Shown one piece after another: positions 10,851 to 21,224 of a stretch of DNA of 64,000 nt. The notes under the pieces were generated by a model. The model did not search any database. It was not told the origin of the DNA and saw nothing but the letters and a program-made list of their open reading frames with translations. The first letter of the stretch is position 1; each line of letters opens with the position of its first letter. Origin of the DNA: a virus. The stretch is from the IMG/VR virus record IMGVR_UViG_3300009130_001466, positions 48,802-112,801 of that record. The stretch is one strand, 5' to 3'. The position numbers were made by a program, and so were the translations under genes.

Positions 10851-11825
10851 TTAAACTCCGTGCAACTTCATCATTTCTTGCATATTCAAAGATCCCCCTC
10901 TTTTCTTAACTTCTTCGCTTAAATTCACAGCCCGCTCATTGTCTGATTTTAAGCTTTCGAGATCCTCCTCATTGGCTCCAAAATAAGCTGAACCACCCTC
11001 CCCGTGCTGGGATTTTGTTTGAGTTCTTTCTGTTTTTTGGTTTTGGTGGAAATTTACCAATAATTCAGGGTCTTTAGCTACGTTTTCAGGTATTTCCTTG
11101 CTTGAGTTTTTAAAAATGTTTAAAAAATACCTCCCATAAGAAATCATCTTTAATTGGTATGCCGTTAAATTGACCAAGGGTTTTCCAAATAACCCCAAAA
11201 CATCTTCAGAAAATGGCAAATACATAGAAAAATAATCGCTCAATACTGCAACCGATATATTTTTATCATCAAATTTTTGAAAAAAATCTTTTTGCAGACT
11301 GTATATTTCCATTTCTTTGTCTTTTTCATTTATATACAAGCTGTCAAATATTGGATCTTTAAAAGCCTTATCAAAAAATACAATTTTTTCTATGGTAGTT
11401 TTTTGAATTTGATTATTTACAAATTTTTCGCAAGTTAAACCCATTAAAGATTCCTTGTCTGAATTTATTTTGAACAACTTTTTATTCAACCTCTCAATTG
11501 TTTTTTGTAGATTTTTTATCTTTGAAGGCAATATTTGAGCTTTCATTGAATTTGAGTTCAATTCAATTTCATTTTTGTATCGCTTTATTTCTTCTTCTTC
11601 TTCGTGCCCCCACATCCCCTGAGAGTACAGTTCATCCATTGCCTCTTTTTCGGTCATAAGGCCTTTAGATTTTGCTTCCTTTAGAAAAATGGAAGATTTA
11701 GAAAGTATTTCTCTCTGCTCTTCCTGAAGCAGGTGTTTGAAGTACAGAATCCCTAAATCGCTATCTACAATAGAGACACCCTGCAGTACTTCAGATACTA
11801 TTTGTAAATTTTGATCATTGTTCAT
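10851..11825 (-). CDS. putative tail assembly chaperone
   Basis: Position immediately upstream of the TMP; coiled-coil character. Confidence 0.45.
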   Translation of the reverse strand: MNNDQNLQIVSEVLQGVSIVDSDLGILYFKHLLQEEQREILSKSSIFLKEAKSKGLMTEKEAMDELYSQGMWGHEEEEEIKRYKNEIELNSNSMKAQILPSKIKNLQKTIERLNKKLFKINSDKESLMGLTCEKFVNNQIQKTTIEKIVFFDKAFKDPIFDSLYINEKDKEMEIYSLQKDFFQKFDDKNISVAVLSDYFSMYLPFSEDVLGLFGKPLVNLTAYQLKMISYGRYFLNIFKNSSKEIPENVAKDPELLVNFHQNQKTERTQTKSQHGEGGSAYFGANEEDLESLKSDNERAVNLSEEVKKRGGSLNMQEMMKLHGV

Positions 11826-12552
11826 CTCCGTCGACGAACTTATCTATATTTTCTTTACTAGAATCTTGGGCATAAAACCAATAGCCAATTATTTTAGATA
11901 ATTTTGCGACAACCTCAAAATCAAACCCTTCTTCAAGTTCGTATTTTGTATAAAAATCTTCTAACTTTTCTTCGTAATCAAAACCATTAAACCAGTCTTT
12001 TAATTCCCCATCTTCGCCTTCAACCTTTGACAAATTAATCACATACCACAACAAAGTCTCTCTTTCAGCTTTTGCGTCGGCAGTATGTTGATAGACGGAT
12101 TGTATAGAACTTTCTAGATTTATCATATCTCTTCTAAGGGTAGAGATTTCAAGCTCTAATTCTTTTTGTCTTTCTTCTTTCTTTTTGTCTTTTGTGGCAA
12201 CTACTAGCTTATATTCGTTTTCTAAGTCGTTTAATTTTTTCAAAGACTTTAAAAGATCTTTTGACTCTTCTTCAGATAAAGCTCCGCCATTGTCTGCATA
12301 CTTTTTAATAAGCATTGCCTTTGTAACAATACCCATTTTAATTGCTTTACTTAATTCAACGGAATAAAATACTTCGGCTTCATCAGCTAATCGGCGTGTC
12401 GGCTTTTTAACAACAAATTTGACTGGCGTCTTGACAGTTTTATTTTGAATAACTGTTTCTACCTCTCCAGTCTTCTTATTTTTTCTTTCTACCTCGATCT
12501 TTTTCTTCTCAGATTTATTAATCGTGAACTCGTAAATATTTTTCATAGCCAT
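11815..12552 (-). CDS. putative tail assembly chaperone
   Basis: Position; coiled-coil; overlaps the next gene. Confidence 0.45.
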   Translation of the reverse strand: MAMKNIYEFTINKSEKKKIEVERKNKKTGEVETVIQNKTVKTPVKFVVKKPTRRLADEAEVFYSVELSKAIKMGIVTKAMLIKKYADNGGALSEEESKDLLKSLKKLNDLENEYKLVVATKDKKKEERQKELELEISTLRRDMINLESSIQSVYQHTADAKAERETLLWYVINLSKVEGEDGELKDWFNGFDYEEKLEDFYTKYELEEGFDFEVVAKLSKIIGYWFYAQDSSKENIDKFVDGDEQ

Positions 12553-12842
12553 TATTTTTTAAAAGTAAATTCTACTGTTAAGTTTTCCAACTCACTATTA
12601 TAATCTCTTAAAACACAATTTCCAATATCTAGAATTTTTTTTCTATATATTTCGTAATGATCTTCATCAAAATAATCAGCCATCTCAATTAAGTCGTGAT
12701 GTTCTTCTGGTAAGTTGTCGTAAAGTTTGCCGAAATTTATTTCATGCACCCTCTGCATCTCTTCTAACGTTTGTAAAAAAGATTTAAATAAATAACGAAT
12801 GTGATGATCAGATCGATCATACAGAAATTCTTTTGCAATCAT
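12552..12842 (-). CDS. hypothetical protein
   Basis: ORF track, ATG start MIAKEF; late motif at 12867-12872. Confidence 0.6.
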   Translation of the reverse strand: MIAKEFLYDRSDHHIRYLFKSFLQTLEEMQRVHEINFGKLYDNLPEEHHDLIEMADYFDEDHYEIYRKKILDIGNCVLRDYNSELENLTVEFTFKK

Positions 12843-12914
12843 AATAATCCTTATCCCCAATATACGTTACACTTTTTTAAGAGGCTGGTTCTATTTTCTA
12901 GTGTAATTATACAT

Positions 12915-13373
12915 ATGCCAAGCTCTTTAATTTCGGAATCTCAAAAAAACACAATCAAAACTATCATTGACGATATTCATGAAACCTTCGCTAGAAATAT
13001 TACTGTCTACGAAGAAGGAAGAAAAATATTAATTGCTGCTAGTTCTGAATACAATGGCATTTACGGCAAAACAAGTGGGGGAGAAACCTCTACCACTAAA
13101 ACGGTTGTTAGCCATATAATAAAAGCAAGAATCAAATATATAAATTCAAGAGAGGAAAATTTAGCTGGCGCAGGCATAGGCTCCCAATTGGATATAAATT
13201 TAATTGATGGCTCTGTAAGAATAACCGTAGATGAGGGCGGTTTTGAAATTTTAAAAGAAGCAAAGAGATGCGAATTTGAAGGTCGAAAATATACTATTGA
13301 CAGCAAAGGAAATCCAACTGGTATTTTTGGACCACAATATTATCATTTTTATCTATCGCCAATTGAAGAATAA
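12915..13373 (+). CDS. putative head closure/head-tail adaptor protein
   Basis: Start reassigned to the ATG 8 nt after GTGTAA (12901-12906); small beta-rich protein at the head of the neck block. Confidence 0.5.
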   Translation: MPSSLISESQKNTIKTIIDDIHETFARNITVYEEGRKILIAASSEYNGIYGKTSGGETSTTKTVVSHIIKARIKYINSREENLAGAGIGSQLDINLIDGSVRITVDEGGFEILKEAKRCEFEGRKYTIDSKGNPTGIFGPQYYHFYLSPIEE

Positions 13374-13954
13374 TGGCTACTTTAAATTTGCAGTCAGAAA
13401 TAAATAAAAAACTGGCTCCTCAAGTTAGGCCAGAAATCAGAAAATTATTTCAAAGGTCTTTTCAGAAAAAAAAGAATGAAATGATAGCTGAATTTTTAAA
13501 TCACCCAGTGACTATAGAAATAAAAGGAGGTGTTAATTCTACAAACATCAGTGGAACATTAGGCGGAGGAAGCGGGAATTTGTTTTCTTTTATAGGTTTC
13601 GATTCCAACGACGATCCGATAGAGCCTATTTTAAGAATACTTGAACAAATATCATTTGACTACCTAAACACGTCAACAAAAAGGATAAATTACAGAATTA
13701 ATCTACCATCGTCAAAAGAAATTTTCGCCGCGACCCCAATGCCGTGGGCTACTGGCCGTAGTTGGGCAAAAGGAATTGAGACTGGAATATCTGGACTTGG
13801 ATTTTATTTAAGAAAAGAAACCTCTAACAGTAGATCTGGATTAGGTATTCAGTCCCCAAGAAAAGTTAGAAAAAAATCAAAATTTAAAAATATAAAATAT
13901 ATATCTGATTTAATTAAAAGGTATGAAAAAGAATTTTCAAACCTGCAGATATAA
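13373..13954 (+). CDS. putative neck/tail completion protein
   Basis: Basic protein between adaptor and terminator, the usual siphophage gene order. Confidence 0.45.
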   Translation: MATLNLQSEINKKLAPQVRPEIRKLFQRSFQKKKNEMIAEFLNHPVTIEIKGGVNSTNISGTLGGGSGNLFSFIGFDSNDDPIEPILRILEQISFDYLNTSTKRINYRINLPSSKEIFAATPMPWATGRSWAKGIETGISGLGFYLRKETSNSRSGLGIQSPRKVRKKSKFKNIKYISDLIKRYEKEFSNLQI

Positions 13955-13969
13955 GTGTAAAATATCCTT

Positions 13970-14818
13970 ATGAAACCACAGTATCAACACGAACTCATGA
14001 CAAGTTTCATGCTTTGGTTCGATCACGAACTCCTTCAGAAAGGAGAGGCTTACTCTAACCAAACAGGCGCTTTTTATTATTCTAACGATACCAGACTGCC
14101 GAATGAGTACAAAGCTTATTCAAGCCCATATAAGCAATGGGTAAGCGATTCTTCAATAAACGGAGACACAAATCCAATAATACCATCATCTCTTATGGGT
14201 AGCGGCAGAAACGATGGAATTATATTTGATTTTGAAAACGGGAGAATCATTGAAACAGGCGGTAATTTTGGAATAAACAGCACTATTACTGGAAGCTTCG
14301 CCGTAAAAGATTTTAATGTTTATTTAACAAACGAAACTGAAGAAGATTTGATTCTAGAAAACAAATTTCAATTAAATAGCAGATACTCAAAAACAGAAAC
14401 TGGAGTTGAGCCATATGATCAAATGGCTCCAGCTATATTTTTAAATTGCGAATATATGAGGAATGAAGGTTTTGCCTTTGGCGGAGAAGAAAAAACAACA
14501 AATATCGTTAAAGCGGTCGTTTTGGCCGAAAATTCTTATCAACTTGATGGAGCTTTATCTATATTTGCAGATTCCTCTAGGAAGATTATCTCCAAAATAC
14601 CATTTTCCAAACACCCCTCGACCGAGTATGGTGATATTAAAAACGGTTTGTATAATTATGCAAATTTGGCAAATACTTACCTAAACGCAAATCCTTACTA
14701 TATAGAAGATGTGACGGTTTCTAAATTTTCAGAAAAAAACCAAAGTATAATACCTGGAAATTTAAAAATTGGATTTATAGATTTTGAGGTTTCTACAAAT
14801 AGGTTTCCTCGTTCTTGA
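13970..14818 (+). CDS. putative tail terminator protein
   Basis: Directly upstream of the tube gene; PAIFL...GFIDFEVS. Confidence 0.45.
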   Translation: MKPQYQHELMTSFMLWFDHELLQKGEAYSNQTGAFYYSNDTRLPNEYKAYSSPYKQWVSDSSINGDTNPIIPSSLMGSGRNDGIIFDFENGRIIETGGNFGINSTITGSFAVKDFNVYLTNETEEDLILENKFQLNSRYSKTETGVEPYDQMAPAIFLNCEYMRNEGFAFGGEEKTTNIVKAVVLAENSYQLDGALSIFADSSRKIISKIPFSKHPSTEYGDIKNGLYNYANLANTYLNANPYYIEDVTVSKFSEKNQSIIPGNLKIGFIDFEVSTNRFPRS

Positions 14819-14867
14819 TTTCACATTTCACATTTTAAATTTTTAACTGTAAATATAGACACAAATT

Positions 14868-16292
14868 ATGAGCAGAAATAGAGTCATTTATCAATCAGAA
14901 GCCCTCTTCGCGAGTAAAGAGATCAACTCTACAAGCAAGCAGGACCACATGCAACTTCGCAGAGTTCAATCAGCGAATTATTCCTTTAACGTTTCTCGCA
15001 CTGACATCAATCAGTTCGGACAATTATCCAGAATCGATTCGTTGATCCTTGAAGCACCAACAGTATCTGCTGATGTTTCTTACTATCTCACGGATGGATA
15101 CAACGAAGAAGCTTTGAATTTCTCGAACTCCAACCTTAATGTTGGTTTTGTTTCTGGACAAATCACTTCTTCCAGCGGTCAAAACCTTTATATTATGACC
15201 AGCCCAGAGGGTAAAGACGCTAATTTTAGTGCTGGATCCTTTGGTTCTATCGGAATTGGTAACGCATTCGTTACGGATTATTCGCTTGAAGCTTCTGTTG
15301 GAGGGTTCCCTACAATCACAGTTTCTTTTGAGGGTTCTAATATCAATGCATCAACAGATGTAACTGGAACTGATGATGGATTTTCTGGCAACTTTACTGG
15401 TGCTGGTATCGATCCAATTTCAGGTACGCCAATCGCGAATCAAACTGCTGGCAACGGCATCGAAATTAGACCAGCAGACCCTGGCACTGACGAAGGAACA
15501 GCTACAGCGCTGAGACCAGCAGATGTTATCTTTGATTTGTCTAATGCTAATAATGATACTATCGCAACGATCGATGGAACTGATGGCGCTCACGTTCAAA
15601 GTGTTTCTTTGAGTATCCCACTTAGCAGAAGCCCAATTGAAAGACTTGGTACTAGATTCCCATTTGCTAGAACCGTAGACTTCCCAATTACTCCAACTTT
15701 GTCTGTTTCCGCAATCGTCAATGAGACCGCGCAAAGATCTTTGACTGACATCATTGCAGAAGACAGCTTTATCCCTTCTGCACAGATTACAATCAAAGAC
15801 CCTGCTGGAGATAAATCTGCTATTTACAAACTCACAAATCTAAAGCTTGACTCTGAATCGTTTAGTTCTAGCGTAGGGCCTAACAAAACCGTAGACATGA
15901 CATTCAGTGTCTCTGTGGGTGGTCCAGACGACTTAGAAAACAACGTTTTCTTCTCTGGCAAGAATACCGATGAAAAATTTGCTCTTCAGCCTGTCGTGAT
16001 TAGTGATGGTGGCCTCACAGCAAGCGAAGCAGTTGTTATTAATGGAGTGAGCATCGCTTCTGGAGAATCTAAAACAGTTGGATATGTTCACGGGCAATCA
16101 AGTCGCACATTCGTTACTAGTTATACTGGTAGCGCAGACCTTGACTTAACCTCGATCGCTGGTGGAGCAATCACGGGCAATGCTGGAGCATTGGGTATCA
16201 CAGGCCTTAGTGGCCAAGCGACTTCTCTTGTGTTTTCTCCTGCTGACGCAAGTGCAAGCACTACAATCAGCGCCTCTGTAAGCTTGAGCTAA
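14868..16292 (+). CDS. major tail tube protein (internally duplicated tube domain plus C-terminal extra domain)
   Basis: Two repeats, VQSANYSFNVSRTDINQFG and VQSVSLSIPLSRSPIERLG; high-expression codon bias; strong terminator follows. Confidence 0.75.
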   Translation: MSRNRVIYQSEALFASKEINSTSKQDHMQLRRVQSANYSFNVSRTDINQFGQLSRIDSLILEAPTVSADVSYYLTDGYNEEALNFSNSNLNVGFVSGQITSSSGQNLYIMTSPEGKDANFSAGSFGSIGIGNAFVTDYSLEASVGGFPTITVSFEGSNINASTDVTGTDDGFSGNFTGAGIDPISGTPIANQTAGNGIEIRPADPGTDEGTATALRPADVIFDLSNANNDTIATIDGTDGAHVQSVSLSIPLSRSPIERLGTRFPFARTVDFPITPTLSVSAIVNETAQRSLTDIIAEDSFIPSAQITIKDPAGDKSAIYKLTNLKLDSESFSSSVGPNKTVDMTFSVSVGGPDDLENNVFFSGKNTDEKFALQPVVISDGGLTASEAVVINGVSIASGESKTVGYVHGQSSRTFVTSYTGSADLDLTSIAGGAITGNAGALGITGLSGQATSLVFSPADASASTTISASVSLS

Positions 16293-16344
16293 TAAAACCT
16301 TAGGGTGGAGCTAACAGCTAAAAAGCCCTTCAACATTTAAAACT

Positions 16345-16373
16345 AACCCCGTCGAGTTCGACGGGGTTTTTTT
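16345..16373 (+). terminator. intrinsic terminator after the tail tube gene
   Basis: AACCCCGTCGA-GT-TCGACGGGGTT followed by a T run. Confidence 0.85.
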
Positions 16374-16444
16374 ATGCCCATAAAAAAGCGCAACCCCCGC
16401 TATGCAGTGGTCACGCTATCAGAGACATGCTCTGGGGTAAATCA

Positions 16445-16906
16445 TTAAGCTTCGCCCGCTTGAGCGCTTGACTCAACTCCTCCTACTTGCCTTGGGCTAG
16501 CTTGGTAGCTATTATATCTAGAGACCAAATCCATAAGCTTCGCATTTGCGTCCTGAGCTAGGTTTTTATACACCTTGGACACTTCGTTCTTATTCACAAA
16601 AGTAATGGCGTTGTCGCCATCTCTAACGCTCAGAATGTTGCCATTTGTATCGTTGGCGATCCCACGAATCGTATTTCTTGTTTGCTTGGTATAATAATGG
16701 TACAAATACATCTCTTTTAAGATGCTTTGCTCTTCAAGATTTAATCCATCAACGCTGCCACTAACTCCAGAAAAACTGGTGTAGATTGTATTATTCAGTT
16801 GGCCAATATTGTTTTCAATCCACCCAGAAATAGATTCAACTGTCACTCCAGAAGAATCAAATTCATTAATGTAAATAGAGTTAGCTAAATCCCCAATATT
16901 GCTCAT
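16445..16906 (-). CDS. putative head-tail connector protein
   Basis: Downstream of the capsid block; helical, with SVRDGDNAITF motif. Confidence 0.45.
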   Translation of the reverse strand: MSNIGDLANSIYINEFDSSGVTVESISGWIENNIGQLNNTIYTSFSGVSGSVDGLNLEEQSILKEMYLYHYYTKQTRNTIRGIANDTNGNILSVRDGDNAITFVNKNEVSKVYKNLAQDANAKLMDLVSRYNSYQASPRQVGGVESSAQAGEA

Positions 16907-16907
16907 A

Positions 16908-17165
16908 TTAATTTTTATCTAAAATATTTTTAATAACTTGAATCTTATTAAATTTCTCTACTAAAATATTTAATTCTTTACATATTGCCTCAAGCTGGTG
17001 CGGCTTTTTGTTCTTCAATTCTTCGTAAGAATACTTTGTTTTTTTGATGGATTTTTTGGTCGCTTTCTTGGCTGCTTTTTTCTTTGGAGCAGCGACTTCT
17101 TCAACTTCCTCTTTCCCGTTGGCGAGAGTCAGACCATCTAAAATATTTTCTGATTCGTTTTTCAT
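16908..17165 (-). CDS. small Lys-rich protein with a Rho-N-like C-terminal helix pair
   Basis: ELKNKKPHQLEAICKELNI...KIQVIKNI; GTGTAA-N8-ATG. Confidence 0.5.
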   Translation of the reverse strand: MKNESENILDGLTLANGKEEVEEVAAPKKKAAKKATKKSIKKTKYSYEELKNKKPHQLEAICKELNILVEKFNKIQVIKNILDKN

Positions 17166-17186
17166 ACATTATATTACACTAAAAAA

Positions 17187-17849
17187 TTAACCTCTCTTAA
17201 GATATTCCTGCCTTAAGGCGGATATTAGTCTAGTCCTATCAAAACTAGGAGTAAAACCCAACTTCATTGCCATTTCTTGAAGTTCGGATAAGGTTTTTCT
17301 TTTAAGTTTTTGTTCAAAGTCTCGAACCGAATCGGACGCAAGCACCTTCGCTTTAGCCTCAGTCTTGCTCCCAGTCGAGCCCCAATTGCTCCCCCTCCAC
17401 TCGTGAAAAGCTTTAATTAGAGCTTCGTCCTGCATTTCTTCGTCCGCAAAAACCCTTGTTCCTGTTTTTTCTGCGAGTGTTGATTTTCTAACATGCCCCA
17501 TGGATTCTAGCTTTCTTTTAAAAACTTTGGGATTACTTGTACCAAATGGAGAAATGACATCTACACCCATTAACTTTTCTTTAGCTTCGATTGCGTCAAT
17601 TTCATCTCTTTGCTTACCATCTGCGTAGTTCAAGCTGTCTAAAGTCTTAGTCCCAACATCTTTCTGCATTTCCTCATTATTGGGTTCGTCGTTTTCAACT
17701 GCGGTCGTAATATACCTCTCGTCTCTATTAATTGTTTCCTGGACTTTCTTCATGAACTGCTTCACCTCTTCTTCATTTGTTGGAATGGCTTCAGGCAACT
17801 CTTCGTACTTGCCTCCCTCTTTATTGATTTTTTCTGATATATCATTCAT
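17187..17849 (-). CDS. hypothetical virion-associated protein with a Rho-N-like C-terminus
   Basis: True start MNDISEK (the longer ORF overlaps the capsid gene and its terminator); LKRKTLSELQEMAMKLG...RLISAL. Confidence 0.55.
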   Translation of the reverse strand: MNDISEKINKEGGKYEELPEAIPTNEEEVKQFMKKVQETINRDERYITTAVENDEPNNEEMQKDVGTKTLDSLNYADGKQRDEIDAIEAKEKLMGVDVISPFGTSNPKVFKRKLESMGHVRKSTLAEKTGTRVFADEEMQDEALIKAFHEWRGSNWGSTGSKTEAKAKVLASDSVRDFEQKLKRKTLSELQEMAMKLGFTPSFDRTRLISALRQEYLKRG

Positions 17850-17884
17850 ATTAATATAATAAAACAAAAACCTGGATATTACAC

Positions 17885-17912
17885 AAAAAAAGCCGCCCCT
17901 TTCGGGACGGCT
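17885..17912 (-). terminator. intrinsic terminator after the major capsid gene
   Basis: Minus strand AGCCGTCCC-GAAA-GGGGCGGCT followed by a T run. Confidence 0.85.
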
Positions 17913-17934
17913 TAGTTTTAAGTGTTTTGTTCGA

Positions 17935-19026
17935 TTAAACGATGCAACCAACAAGAGCGCGGTCATCAAGAACGATACGACCCTCTTCAAGAGAACCGAA
18001 GTATCCGATCTTGCTTTGGCGAATGCTGTACTGGTCGTCAGCGATAAGGCTAAACTCACCACCGTTTTCAGCGTCAACAGCAACTGGACGAACCAATGCT
18101 TCGCGGCTACGATCGATACCAACAACAATCTGTTCACTAGCAGGAGTGAAAGAACCAGCGTAGCTGTTATCGAAAGTAGTGTTGAACTTCTGACCATCAC
18201 CGAACTCATTAAGTTCGATAACATTGATGCCGTAGAACTCAGGAGCGCCAGCAGCGTTATAAGCTTGTTCAGCGATAACGTCAGCAGTACGAACCGAATC
18301 AGTACCAGCGCCAGCAGGAGCTACCTTGGTGTTGATTGGGTTATAAGCGATTGCGCGAAGCTCTTCAACGATTTCAGGAGAAACGATGATGTCTGTAAGG
18401 CCACGACCTTGACGAGCATCAGGAGTACCACCTGTGAACGAAGTGACGATTCTCTTTGAGCGAGTCATGAGAGCATTCAAGTCGGCAAGAGTAAAACGAT
18501 CCGCGGTGTCTGCACCAATAACGTGAGAAAGGCCGTTAGTAGAAGCAGAACCAAGTGCCTTCATAATAACGTTAGCAGAGATTGTATTTTGCTTAAGAAG
18601 AATTTCTTGTGCAACACGAGTCATTGTCTTAGCGACAACGTCCATGCGGCTCTTAGCAGCATAACGACGATCAAAGCTTACAGCCGAATCAAGGCTGTAT
18701 GTAGCGATCTTAAGCTCGGCAGATGTTGGAAGAACTTCCGAAGTTGGGAGGCCACCAGCACGGCTTTGGCTATAAACTTGTACGTAATCTTCATCAGAAA
18801 CGTCGAAGTATAGATCCAAAGGAATCGAAGGATTGTCATCAGCATTGTACTGAAGAGTGGTGAAGAGGTTAGACAAAGCAGGTGCATTGTTAATAACTTC
18901 AGCGAGGACAGGTCCGATGAACTCAGCAAGAGCAGTTTGAGCTTCGTAAGCAACATCACGGTTGCGAGAAGCCATTGCTTTTACCAGTTCGACTTGTTCG
19001 GGAGTATTTTTTAAAGTAATTTTCAT
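17935..19026 (-). CDS. major capsid protein (HK97 fold expected)
   Basis: 363 aa; follows protease/scaffold and decoration genes; strongest codon bias; own terminator. Confidence 0.8.
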   Translation of the reverse strand: MKITLKNTPEQVELVKAMASRNRDVAYEAQTALAEFIGPVLAEVINNAPALSNLFTTLQYNADDNPSIPLDLYFDVSDEDYVQVYSQSRAGGLPTSEVLPTSAELKIATYSLDSAVSFDRRYAAKSRMDVVAKTMTRVAQEILLKQNTISANVIMKALGSASTNGLSHVIGADTADRFTLADLNALMTRSKRIVTSFTGGTPDARQGRGLTDIIVSPEIVEELRAIAYNPINTKVAPAGAGTDSVRTADVIAEQAYNAAGAPEFYGINVIELNEFGDGQKFNTTFDNSYAGSFTPASEQIVVGIDRSREALVRPVAVDAENGGEFSLIADDQYSIRQSKIGYFGSLEEGRIVLDDRALVGCIV

Positions 19027-19046
19027 ATTATAAAGTTCCTTTCTTA

Positions 19047-19664
19047 TTAACCAAGTTTAACGATGACGTAGTCACCAGCGAACTGATCAGTAACAGTGTT
19101 AGAAGTACGCGAGCCAGTTCCAAGAACCATGCCAAGCGAATCGGCAGAACCTGCAGTAGCAGGACCAATTGTTCCGTCACCAGCAACTTCGAAACCGTCG
19201 CCAACTGTAAATACAGAAGCTGCGCCACCTTCGATAGCATTTGCACTCAAGGTAAAGATACCCTTAGTTGCAACTGGAACACTTTGACCAGGAAGAACAG
19301 CTTGAAGCTCTTCTTTCTTAGTTGTGTTATAAATAAGTTTTTCACCGTTCTCATCAGTTTGAGCTGTTTGATTCAGGGTCAATCCAAGAGGGATTTCACC
19401 AGAAGCAGCAGCAGCAACTTCAAGAGGATTAGTGGGATACATGTCGCTACCGACGTGAGGGTAATCTGTCTTACCAAGATAGCTGTTAGAACCGTAAGTA
19501 ATAACATCTTGGTCGAAGTTACCGTCAGTAACCTTTACGAAAACACCGTTTGAGCCCTTGCCGTCACCAGTGGTAGACGAAAGTACATCGGCGTTTTGCA
19601 GAGCGAAAATGTTAACAACATCTTGCTCGTCATACTGTCTGAATGGAAGTAATCTTAGTGCCAT
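19047..19664 (-). CDS. capsid decoration/cement protein
   Basis: Between scaffold and MCP; Gly-rich beta (PLGLTL, VPVATKGIF, LGMVLG). Confidence 0.65.
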   Translation of the reverse strand: MALRLLPFRQYDEQDVVNIFALQNADVLSSTTGDGKGSNGVFVKVTDGNFDQDVITYGSNSYLGKTDYPHVGSDMYPTNPLEVAAAASGEIPLGLTLNQTAQTDENGEKLIYNTTKKEELQAVLPGQSVPVATKGIFTLSANAIEGGAASVFTVGDGFEVAGDGTIGPATAGSADSLGMVLGTGSRTSNTVTDQFAGDYVIVKLG

Positions 19665-19697
19665 AATTTTTTTTAGTTAAATTTAGTTTTTTTTATT

Positions 19698-21224
19698 TTA
19701 TCCAAGGATATTTTCGCGACTAAAAGCAGCAGCGAACTTATCCTTCAAAGTTTTTCCAGAAGCTTGGGCTTCGTTATTGTTGGGAATTTCTTCGTTGGTT
19801 TGCTCTGCATTTGCAAGAGCTTCTTCAACGTCGACTCCTTCTTCTGTTTCTTCTGCTTCTTCGGAAGCTTGAGAAGTAAGGCGTTTTTCGATTTCTGCAT
19901 CAACACGAGCTTTAACTTCTTCTTCGAATTTAGCTTTAGCTTCTTTATTTTTGGATGACCAAAAAACTTCAAGCTCGCTCTTAAACGAAGCGAAAGATTC
20001 TTCAGTGTCGTCAAGACCTTTAATCTTTTCGGCGATGAAAGCGCTGTCACTTTCTTCGAGGTCGTAAAGAGAATCGATTTCTTCCATGCGAGCGTTGAAA
20101 CGAGCGACTGCTTCTTCAGCAGTTTTTGCAGCTTCAAATTCAGCAATGCGTTGTTGAGCAGCCCCAAGCTCTTCCTTGATAGATTCTACGGAAGCTTGAA
20201 GCTCTTCTTTCGCAGAAGCGATTTCGGCCTTTTCTTGTTCCGCAGCCTCAAGAGAAGCCTTGTACTCATCATCTTTTTGTTTAATGGCGTCCGCAAAAGT
20301 TGCAGTCATTCCAGCGATGGCTTCTTCGGAGAATTTCTTCTCAGTAAGAGACGCCTTTATTTCTGATAGTAGAGTTTCTAAGTCCATGATTTTTGTATTG
20401 TTTACAGTATTTTTTAAATTTTGTGAAATTTTGTCAGATATTTTTTCTAAATGTGCTGATTGAGACTCATTAGATTCATCTGGAGTCTCTTCTCTTTCTT
20501 TGTACTCGTTGCTGATTACGCCTTTGACATTTGCAGCTGGCTTCATGGTGAAGCCAATGCCAAGCGGGTAAACGTTACCAGTAATCAATCGATAAACAGG
20601 TCGACCATCTTCAGTCGTTCCTTTGCCACCAAAAGCCCTCAACATTCCTTTCATTTCTGTGATTTGTTGTGGGTCAGAAATAATCTCTGCGTCTTTTAAA
20701 TTTTTGCTACCAACAGCGATCTTGTATTCGCTAAAACCAATTTCCCAACTTGCAGAAACAGTTTGGTGTGTTTTGCTTTTTGGATCAGTGCTTCTTCTTA
20801 AGGTTTCAAAAAACTCTTTATCTACAGTTTTGTAAACAACCGAACCCAAAGCAATATTAAAAGGGCTTTGTTCGTTTTCGTCTACATTAACCAAAATAGT
20901 GCTGTCAGAATAGTCACTAAATCCAGCATTTACAATATGTCCTACAATCTTTTTCTTATCGTGCTCTATATTTGTAGGTTTATGAACGAACTGCTGAACA
21001 GAATCGATAGCAGTTTTTGTACTCATGCCATCTCCGTTTTTATTAAACTCATTGACGACTGCCGCATTAAAAGCCACACCCATCAAGTCAATATTTTTAT
21101 CTAAATCTACAGAGCTTGGAATTAGACTTCTTAAATTTTCTACGTTAGCTTTTGAAATATCAATACCGCCAATTTCCTGGCAGGCTGTAACCTCAAAATC
21201 AAAGGTTGTTGTATACTTATGCAT
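19698..21224 (-). CDS. prohead protease fused to an acidic coiled-coil scaffold
   Basis: N-terminal NKNGDG, PTNIEH, IVGHI, SASWE motifs; C-terminal Glu/Ala coiled coil. Confidence 0.75.
   Translation of the reverse strand: MHKYTTTFDFEVTACQEIGGIDISKANVENLRSLIPSSVDLDKNIDLMGVAFNAAVVNEFNKNGDGMSTKTAIDSVQQFVHKPTNIEHDKKKIVGHIVNAGFSDYSDSTILVNVDENEQSPFNIALGSVVYKTVDKEFFETLRRSTDPKSKTHQTVSASWEIGFSEYKIAVGSKNLKDAEIISDPQQITEMKGMLRAFGGKGTTEDGRPVYRLITGNVYPLGIGFTMKPAANVKGVISNEYKEREETPDESNESQSAHLEKISDKISQNLKNTVNNTKIMDLETLLSEIKASLTEKKFSEEAIAGMTATFADAIKQKDDEYKASLEAAEQEKAEIASAKEELQASVESIKEELGAAQQRIAEFEAAKTAEEAVARFNARMEEIDSLYDLEESDSAFIAEKIKGLDDTEESFASFKSELEVFWSSKNKEAKAKFEEEVKARVDAEIEKRLTSQASEEAEETEEGVDVEEALANAEQTNEEIPNNNEAQASGKTLKDKFAAAFSRENILG

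Noticed and set aside
10851-12552. Programmed frameshift between the tail chaperone genes
   Set aside because: The second gene has its own ATG overlapping the first stop, and no clear slippery heptamer was seen at the junction.
17850-18224. N-terminal extension of ORF 17187..18224 as a capsid frameshift or read-through product
   Set aside because: An intrinsic terminator and a separate GTGTAA motif lie between the genes, and no slippery site was identified.
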